This document shows, piece after piece, positions 54,701 through 64,000 of a stretch of 64,000 bases of DNA. Under the pieces are notes generated by a model. The model saw only the letters and a program-made list of their open reading frames with translations, did not search any database and was not told where the DNA came from. The translations under genes and the position numbers were made by a program. Each line of letters opens with the position of its first letter. The first letter of the stretch is position 1. The DNA lies in contig CM022666.1 of the NCBI GenBank assembly GCA_012295275.1, positions 3,286,001 to 3,350,000 of the forward strand. Direction: 5' to 3'. This DNA is from Chrysomallon squamiferum. Lineage: Eukaryota > Animalia > Mollusca.

Positions 54701-56238
54701 TTATATATTTACTTACACGAGCTTCCTCCCCCCTCCTATATGAGGTGAGGAAAATTAATTCAGTTATTTTACTTTTTCTTATCATATTTTTTCCCCCCAC
54801 TTTTCTAAAAAAAAACATGTCCAAAAATATATACATATATATATATATATATTAATCCTGTAATTTAACAAACGACATATTCCTTATACTCGTTAAAACG
54901 TAAAAAAAAATTCTAAGAAATTTCGTTACGACTGGCGTAAACTTTAAACGCGTAATTTTTACTCTGTGTGTGCTGTTAGCGCTAGGGCTACTTACTGAAG
55001 AACTAAAAGGAAACAACGCCGAATGCACAGTTTTATTTGAAATGTCTTCACTGCGAGTTTTTCTATCCTGTTGCGATTTGTTATACGATGAAAAGTTATC
55101 TCGGGGCGCGAATGGGTTAGTAAATATGCGCGTGTTTCCATTTCTTTCTGCCTTCTCTTGAGCTTTGTTACGCTCCGGGGTAGCGAGGCGAACGGAGTTT
55201 TCTTCACAGACGTGTCAAACGCAGACCCCGAGACATAGCAAGTCCTTCGGCTGGGCCAAATTGAACTTCGTATTGTTTCGTCAAGCACCGGTATTCGCCG
55301 GTCGTAAAAAGCGCGCGCGGAGAACGAGAGACGGCTCAATCTCCGAGGAGATCGGCTCGGCGAAGACATTAAATCACTCCTTTTGTGTCGTTCATTGATT
55401 TTGCGTTGTAAACAGACGTTTTAATTAAGAGCGAAGAGATAATGAAGGTACGAATATTTCGTTCAGCGTATGAAGAGAAATCTCTCTTTCTCTATTTTTC
55501 TCTCTTTCGCTCAATCTCTTCGAGATCGCGCGAGATTTCGCGGTTTGTTTGTTTGTTTTCCCCCCACCCTTCGTCTATCAGACGACCGCATAACGAGAGC
55601 CGGGGAGGGGGAGGGGGAGGGGGTGGAAACGGCGCGTGCGACGGGAAGTCTTTTGAAAAAAAAAAAAAATATATATATATATATATCGCGAGATTAGATA
55701 CTACATCTCATCATGAAGTTTTCGATAATCTTTGAGAAAAAAAAAAAAAATATATATATATATTATTTTTTTCTTTCTCTCTCTGTCGTTTTTTTTTTTT
55801 TTTTTTTTCCCCTCCGGTTTTTCTGATAAGTGAACGTACTTCATTCCTGCGGCGGTTCTAATGTAAACATCTTTTGGGCAGACGATCAGTTGGTAAAAAA
55901 AAAAATAAATAAAAAGAAGGAAAACAAACAAACAAACAAACTAAAATGCATTCGGTTCTGTCTCATGATTAGCTCACGTGATAGTAAACAGACTTCGTGT
56001 TGTTGTTGTTGTTGTTTATGTTGTTGTTGTTGTTATTATTATTATTATTATTTTGCTGTTTGAAGGAAAATGGCCAGTGCGTATACAACTGGAAGTTAAA
56101 ATAAAAATCCAAGTTGAATAGAAATGATTTTAAAAATAAAGAAAACATTAACAATAGCAGTAGCAGCAGCAGTAACAACAACAACAACACATAATAATAA
56201 TAATACTAACATCAACAATAATAATAACAACAACAACA

Positions 56239-56269
<31 letters not shown>

Positions 56270-56880
56270 TCAACAACAACAACAACAACAACAACAAATA
56301 ACACCAAAACTTTCGACATACTCCGTCAAAGTCTAAAATAATAATGAATACAAAAACGAAAACAAAAATCTTTTTCGCTTTTCTTTCCTTTTATTTATTT
56401 TCATTTATTTTCATTTATTTTTTTATTTTTTTTATTTTTCTTTAAACGAACAACCGTACATTCATCTTGTACGAGATCAGTGGAGAATCTTAGATTTCTC
56501 CGCCTGAATGGTGTAGGGTGGTATACCTGACATTCTTGACGTTCTGTGTCACCTATAATCACTGGATATCCGTTTCTGAGCTGTCACCATCCAAAGCCGA
56601 CTAGGCTTGAGGAATTTTTCAGTCTTCGTGGGCAAAATGGACATCCACAGTCACTTAATGAATTATCAAATTACGGAAAAAAATCCGAGGGCGTGACCTT
56701 CAGGGTGTCCGGCTGGGAGGGGGAGGGGGGGTGGGGGTCAGGTTTCTCGTTTTAGGGAGCAAGGGTACATCCTTTCTGCTCTTGTCATCAAGGTTGAAGG
56801 TAGTTATCCTTTGTCGCAAGGGTGTTCGAGAGAGAAAGAAACAAATTCCGATAAATGTTTTAGTGACAAGGTTAAAGAGG

Positions 56881-56924
<44 letters not shown>

Positions 56925-57213
56925 TGAATTATCGGGATATGTTTTTTTGTTTTGTTTCTTTAAATTTTATTTTTTGGTTTTTCAGAAGGTGGGTTGGTGG
57001 ATGGTCGGGTATAAGTTTTGTTCTATGTCAGATTAGTTCGAGAGTTGGGTGTATGATACAAGGTAACACGGAAATAAGATTATTGTTTATTGTTATTAAT
57101 AATAACACGTGGTTAAGCTGAGGGATTAAGGATCGTCTCCTGGTAGAGATTGTCAAGCAGAGTTTTGTTTAAACGTTGAAGACCATAGTAGTAGTAGTAG
57201 TAGTAGTAATAAA

Positions 57214-57277
<64 letters not shown>

Positions 57278-57836
57278 TAATATAATAATAATAAATAATA
57301 TAAAAATAATGTAATAATAATATAATAATAATAATAAATAAATAATAATAATAAATAATATAAAAATAATGTAATAATAATAATAATAAAGTAATAATAA
57401 TAATAATAATAATAATAATATAATAAAATAATAATAAAAAAAAATAATAAAAAAAAAAAATAATAATAATAATAATAAATACGAGAAATAGTAGTTGCAA
57501 CAGATGTAGTAGTAGTAATAACTGATGTAGTTTTAGAATAATAGTAGCAGTAGTTGCAGTAATCGGAGTATTTGTAGCAGTAGTAGTAGCTAGTAGTAAA
57601 ACTGTAGTGGTTGTTGTTGTTTTAACAGTAGCTGTACAGCTATAGTAGAAACAATAGTTGTTATTCTAGTAGATGTGGTAGTAGTTGTTGATGTTTTTCT
57701 TCTAATAGTGACTGTGTAAAACAGAAGCAGCACTGTAGAAAATTTTACTGGTTAAAACAAAAATTGAGATAAATTTGGATGTAAAAAAATTATAATAATA
57801 ATAATAATAAATTAATAAATTATAATAATAATAATC

Positions 57837-57868
<32 letters not shown>

Positions 57869-57985
57869 AAATAATAATAATGATAATAATAATAATGATA
57901 ATGATGATGATGATAATAATAATAATAATAATGATAATAATAATAAAAATAAATTATAATAATAATAATGATAATAATAATAATG

Positions 57986-58062
<77 letters not shown>

Positions 58063-58978
58063 AATAAAATAAATAAATAAATAAATAAAAATAAATAATA
58101 ATCACCTTTAAATTTACACTAATCTACATACCATTTTCAAATTACCGATTCCCCCACCCCCCACCCTCCTCTCGTGATTTGAACGTTAATACCTACCGCA
58201 TCTGGAACTCTCCCCCTACAAAAAAATATTTTCTTTTTTTTTTAAATATATTTTCCTTTATATATATATACATAACATTTGTAACGTATTCGTTCAATAC
58301 CCCGACGGAACCATCAAACCGCTGTTTACTTTTTATCTAAACGACAACTACGCACAGGATCGCGTTTCGCAATGTGCCAATCACGGCTGTGGAAGGTGTT
58401 TTAATGACAACTCTACGAGGTATGCGTTCCACGCCCACCCCTGCGTCAACGACGCCGGCTCCGGTTGCAACAAACTCGAAGTTGTCGTCGTGGTTTCAGA
58501 TTCGTATCACCTGCGGGAGAAAAAAAAAAAAAAAAAACCTTTTCAAATACAAATGATCGCTGAGCGAAGGACTAAGGATAATTAGAAAGCATAGAGAGGC
58601 TGTTTTGACAGTCATGAATGTTTGGGGTGGGTTTTTTTTGGGGGGTCTTTTTTCTTCTTCTTCTTCTTCTTCTTTTTATTATTATTTTTTATTTAAAAAA
58701 AAAATGGTTACTTGTTAAAATCGTATATACACAATTAATTATTTTTTCAATTTTTTTTTTTTCAATTTTTTCTCCTTTCCTTCATTATTCTTCTTTTTTG
58801 TTCTTCTTTTCTTCTCTTCTTTTTTTGTTCTTCTTTTCTTCTCTTCTTTCACGTCTTCTTCTTCTTCTTTTTTTTTATGTGTCATTTATAATATAAAAAT
58901 GTAGACTGTTTCTTTTCTTTTTATTATTTTTCTTTCATCCTTATTTCTCTTGCGTTTCTCTGTAATTGTATCTAGATA

Positions 58979-59067
<89 letters not shown>

Positions 59068-60209
59068 GTATATATATATAAGTCACAAAAAAGCAAGCAA
59101 ATTAACCGTTTGCAGATATATCATCTCAAATAACAGATACATATTTTTTTAGACATCGCTAGAGTGGAAATGTCTTCAAGAGCTTTAAGATAACCAAAAA
59201 ATTAATGTTCCTATTTAACGATTAATAATCACAGTATACATTTATTTACTCACTCAAAAAAAAAAAAAAAAATACACTTACTTGCTCTGTTTGCAGAAGA
59301 TATGCGTGTGTATATACTTTAATCATATAGTTTACGTATTTGCACTTGTACGCGACCAAGCCAGTTATTCAGTACACGTGTGTTAAATCGTATGTAATTA
59401 TTACCATTAAGAAAGCTTTTGAACGGAGCCTGTGTAGGTGGGAATTTGTGGGCGGTTTGCGAAAGTATCCCCGACAATACAGCTTTTTAAATACAAAACA
59501 CTCGAGGTAGGTAACAATAATCAATTCCGAATGAAACGTAGAAATGTGTGTGAGATAGTCAAGCTCTCAGTAACTTCAACCATATTTTGAAACATACGCG
59601 TCGGCAATACATCATTCTTCGGTTATTTATTATACATTAAAAAAAAAAAAAAAAAAATTAAAAAGAAAAAAAGAAGAAAATAAAAACAACCCGCAAACAA
59701 ACAAAAAGAAGACTGCACTGTCTGGTCTCAACTACGGCCATTTGTGAACAAATCAAACAGCGAGAGACCAATTAAAAAAAAAAAAAATATATAATTCAAA
59801 AAAAAAAAAAAAAGGGATGGGGAGGGGTCCCCCTTATTACCATACTGCGGGACAAAACGGCGACATGACTCTAGGGGCACGCGGTACGTATTGGTGACAC
59901 CCGAACACCCCGAATGCCTGAGTCCTGCTGGTTTCTAGCCGCGGGTAGGTGACAAGAGGTATGAAAGCGGGACAAAAAAAAACCGCCGGTGACTGTGGAA
60001 GCCTGTTCCCACTGCGAAAAACACTCCGTCGCTTTTATGGCGGTTAATAGCGCGAAATGCCTGATACCCTTGTGACTTGCCAGTTTAGCGTTTTTGACTG
60101 CTAAGTCAACGTGTAAACGTCGTCCGTGGTTGTAAGACGACGCCCTCCAGTTTTTTTTCATTTTTTTTCATTTTAATTTGAAAGTCTACGAGAATAGAGG
60201 AAGAAAATG

Positions 60210-60438
60210 ATAGATAGGTAGACAGAAGAAAGCAAGAAAGAAAGAAGGAAAAATAGACAGACAGATAGATAGACAGACTGACAGATAGACAGACGGAAGG
60301 ACCGATGGATGGATGGATGGATGGATGGATGAATGGATGGATAAATAGATAGACAGACAGATAGATAGATAGATAGATGGACAGACAAATAAATAGATAG
60401 ATAGACAGATATATAGATAGATAGATAGACAGAAAGAC

Positions 60439-60469
<31 letters not shown>

Positions 60470-60588
60470 TAAATAGATAGATAGACAGATATATAGGTAG
60501 ATAGACAGAAAGACAGATAGATAGATAGATAGATAGATAGATATATAGATAGATGGACAGACAGATAAATAGATAGATAGACAGATAT

Positions 60589-60619
<31 letters not shown>

Positions 60620-60710
60620 AACGGTAGACAGACATAGACAGACGGAGGGACCGATGGATAGATGGATGGATGGATAATGGACAAACAGATAGACAGACAG
60701 ACATACAAAG
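60210..60710. repeat. Compound (GATA/GACA/GATG)n microsatellite
   Basis: Direct reading. Related (TATC)n tracts at ~12125-12200, 38025-38120 and 46740-46870. Confidence 0.95.
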
Positions 60711-60807
60711 AAAGAGAAATGAAGACAGCAGTTGGATGGATGTATGGACGGATTGATGGAAGTAAAAAAAATAAAATAAAAATAAAATAGATAAAACAGA
60801 TAAGAAA

Positions 60808-60984
60808 GGTTCCCTCCCATTCTGCCTACAGCCTGCTTTGTATAAGTTCTCAATGCAGTCGTCTTTTCATACTGTAGACAAAATGAGTAGGTAAAGTAGA
60901 CTGTAGACAAACTGAGGAGGTAAACTACACTGTAGACAAAATGAGTGTTGCCGAAATGAGTCGTAGGCAAAATGGGAAAACACC
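60808..60984. mobile_element. Short non-autonomous MITE-like DNA transposon remnant
   Basis: Terminal inverted repeats: TCCCATTCTGCCTAC (60815-60829) vs GTAGGCAAAATGGGA (60963-60977), 14/15 complementary, and 17/22 out to GGT...ACC ends. Internal 29-bp-period repeats CTGTAGACAAAMTGAG at 60872, 60901 and 60930 resemble the TIR. No clear TSD. Confidence 0.65.
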
Positions 60985-61952
60985 AGACGAAAAATTGTGT
61001 ATATGTGGTTGTATAATGATAGAAAATGTTTTTTGTTTTTTTTAAACTCAGACTGTTTTTTGTCCTGGATAAAATACTGAAAAAAAAAATAAATATAAAA
61101 TAAAAAAAAAAAAAAAAAAAAAAAAAAAATAAATAAATAAATAAATAAATACATAATATAAAAAAACCATTATTAAAGAAAACTATAAATAAAATAAAAT
61201 CAAAATGCTAATGGTATTTACGATACATTTAGACCAACGATAAGATGAAAATGGCATCAATTTCTAATAAAAGATATGTTTCATTCTTACATGAAAAGAA
61301 ATATTAATAATTTCTTGCAACGTACGCTTTTATTTCATTTTCTAATCATTATTATTTTTTTTTCTTCTTTGATAAAAGTCTAAAATATTTATTTTCGCTA
61401 AGAAATATAACATTATTCTTCTTTCTTTTTTTTTTTTAATTTTTAAAATTGTTTTATATTTTTTTTTTTTTTATTCCCTTTCTTTTTTCCATTCCCACTT
61501 TTATAAACCTCGCCGCCATTAAAATATTAATAAACTTGACCATATCATTACCGTTGTTAGTGGAATGTAAAAGTTAATTAGCTTTTTCATCCGGAACGCA
61601 ATAGCCCGCCCGATTGGGTTATAAATAAAGGTAGCGCAGACAAAAGCGAAGAAGTAATGGCGAACTACGGGGTGTAATTATCACCGCGTTCAAACCTTGA
61701 TATCGGCGCGGTCTCCCCATGTCGAGCAGGAAATGAAAGTGCTAGCGAGCCACGTCAGAAATCAAGACGAATTTCTTTGCAATTGAAATGGAGAAAACGA
61801 GTGATTAATTTCGCTCGCTTTTGAAATAAGCAAGACTCACAAATGGAAAGTGAAATTAACTCGGAGTTAGAGGTAGATAATTAGAAAACGAGAAATTGAG
61901 ACGAGAGGGAGAGAGGGAGAGGGAGAGGGAGATGGAGAGAGGGAGAGGGAGA

Positions 61953-61999
<47 letters not shown>

Positions 62000-62609
62000 T
62001 GAGAGAAAGAAAGAGAGTGGAGGAGAGGAATATACACTGAGTGATAAAAAGAAAGAAAGAAAGAATAAGAGACAGATGGCGAAAAAGAAGAAGAAGAAAC
62101 AAACAGAGAGAGAGTACAATGAATTGATATTAAAAAAAAAAAAGGGAACTTTTTAAAATTAAATTTTGATTAGGCTTATTTGTTTGCTACGGTTTTTCGT
62201 AAACTTAAAATTTGTTTATATATTTATTTATTTTTTATTGTTTAAATTATTTCCTTTTATTTATTCTGTTTTATTTATTTATCTTTTTTATTATGCAGGA
62301 ATTTTTCTCAATTGATATATATATATATATATATATATTATTTATTTATTTTTTTTTTATTTATATTTATATATTTATTTATTTATTTATTTGTTTGTTT
62401 GTTTATTTGTTTGTTCGTTTGTTTGTTTGTTTCTTTCTTTACCTATTTATTTATTTATTTTTGTTTATTTATCTTATGTTGGCATTTTGAGTACTTTTTC
62501 TAAACGAAATGAAAATAACAGATGTATACATTTGTTAAATTCTGAAATTGTTTAAAATTGTTTTGTGTTTGAAAATTAATTAGACTGTATATATATCTAT
62601 AGGAAAAAT

Positions 62610-62679
<70 letters not shown>

Positions 62680-64000
62680 AAGAGAGAGAGAGAGACTCAC
62701 TAAAAAAGTAATGTAACAAACTGCAGTTGATAAAAATCAAGTCTCGCAAAATAACGTCTTCTCCCGCCGAGATGAGAAGAGACCCCCCTCCCAAGCGGAG
62801 ATCTTCAGTTTCTATTAATCTGTGAGCTGCTCGAAGTAAACACGGTAACCCGACACCCGTTCTGACTGCTTCGCGCGTTTCTTTGAAACGTCAGCGGCGA
62901 TGGAAACCGGCATTTCATATTCCGACGTCGACGGAAAAACGGAGAGACCGTAGCGTTAAAACTGCATAAAGCATTGCGGAGATAATGAATTTTGACAAGT
63001 TCGTTTGCTCGGCTCTTTGCAAACGTCTGTTTGAGTTGGCATGAACAAGACATTAGCTGCTAAATTATTATCAAAATATTTTTTTTTTTTTTTTTTTTTT
63101 TTTTAAATGATTTAGGTGTGTATATACACATATTATATATATATCTGTAGAATGGGATACAGTGCGGACACAAAAATCGAGAAAGAAAAAGGAGTGGTGG
63201 TTATTTTTGGGGTTTTTAAGGCGTGAAGAAGGTACTGGGAATAAGTTCCGAGCGTATAGTGTAATGTAATGTAATGTAATGTAATGTAATATAATATAAT
63301 ATAATATAATATAATATAATATAATATAATGTAATGTAATGTAATATAATATAATGTAATGTAATGTAATATAATTTATTAAACCAGATAATTCAATGCA
63401 AAAATTAACATCTACATAGACAGAGAAAGTTAGATAGATAGATAGAGAGATAGACAGATAGATAGATAGATAGATAGACAGATAGCTAGATAGATATAAT
63501 ACATGCTGATTAAATATTAAACAGTTAACATCAAAACTAAGTAAATGGTTATAATTTATACTCCCTCCCCCTTCTCTTCCGCCCTCCCTCATACATCAGT
63601 AACCAACCATTATTATTATTATTATTACTATTATTATCATCATCAATATTATTATTATTATTATTACTACTACTGTTATTATCATCATTATTATTATTAT
63701 TACTACTACTACTATTATTACTATTATTATTATTTTCATTTTTTAAATATTATTTTCATTTTTATTATCATTATCATTATTATTATATTTTTTTTCTTAG
63801 GCTCGGTTAGTTTTTTTTTTTAAAATTTTATTTGTAAATCTGATACTTCTCATGTTAAACGCTATAGCGTTACCATCTTGTTTGGCTGAGACACGAAGCC
63901 ATTGTTCCGAGGCATGTAATAATTTTTCATTCGGCAACTCGCGCGTATATATGTCAGAAGAAAAAGGCCCCAGAAAGACGTGTAGATTATAATTGATGGT

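Noticed and set aside
56464-56501. Short hairpins (atcttgtacgagat; ggagaatcttagatttctcc), also atctccgaggagat at ~55339
   Set aside because: Stems too short for a pre-miRNA or structured ncRNA; no tRNA, snRNA or rRNA signature recognised anywhere in the window.

Overview
Eukaryotic (metazoan) genomic DNA, very AT-rich and saturated with microsatellites. Almost all ORFs in the supplied track are simple-repeat translation artefacts. The only protein-coding sequence I can support is the first coding exon of a Zic/odd-paired C2H2 zinc-finger gene on the minus strand (ATG 15817 to splice donor after 14953), encoding ZOC, ZF-NC and zinc fingers 1-3. It ends at the phase-1 HTG intron conserved in bilaterian Zic genes. 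I found no exon for fingers 4-5, so 1-14952 appears to be one intron longer than 14.9 kb. The protein looks like a slowly evolving invertebrate Zic; a lophotrochozoan, possibly mollusc, source is inference only. A TATA-less GC-box/CCAAT promoter candidate at about 16260-16500 includes a perfect Zic-type site. The remaining ~48 kb is apparently gene-free: short CpG-retaining unique islands, some with striking motif clusters (CTCF+COE+3xCRE, paired RFX boxes, TCF/Otx/Zic), separated by repeat tracts. I also found a small MITE-like element, a dispersed (CT)n-tailed repeat and several minisatellites. There is no evidence of a novel multi-gene system; the best leads are regulatory and structural, and all motif calls were made by eye and are unvalidated.
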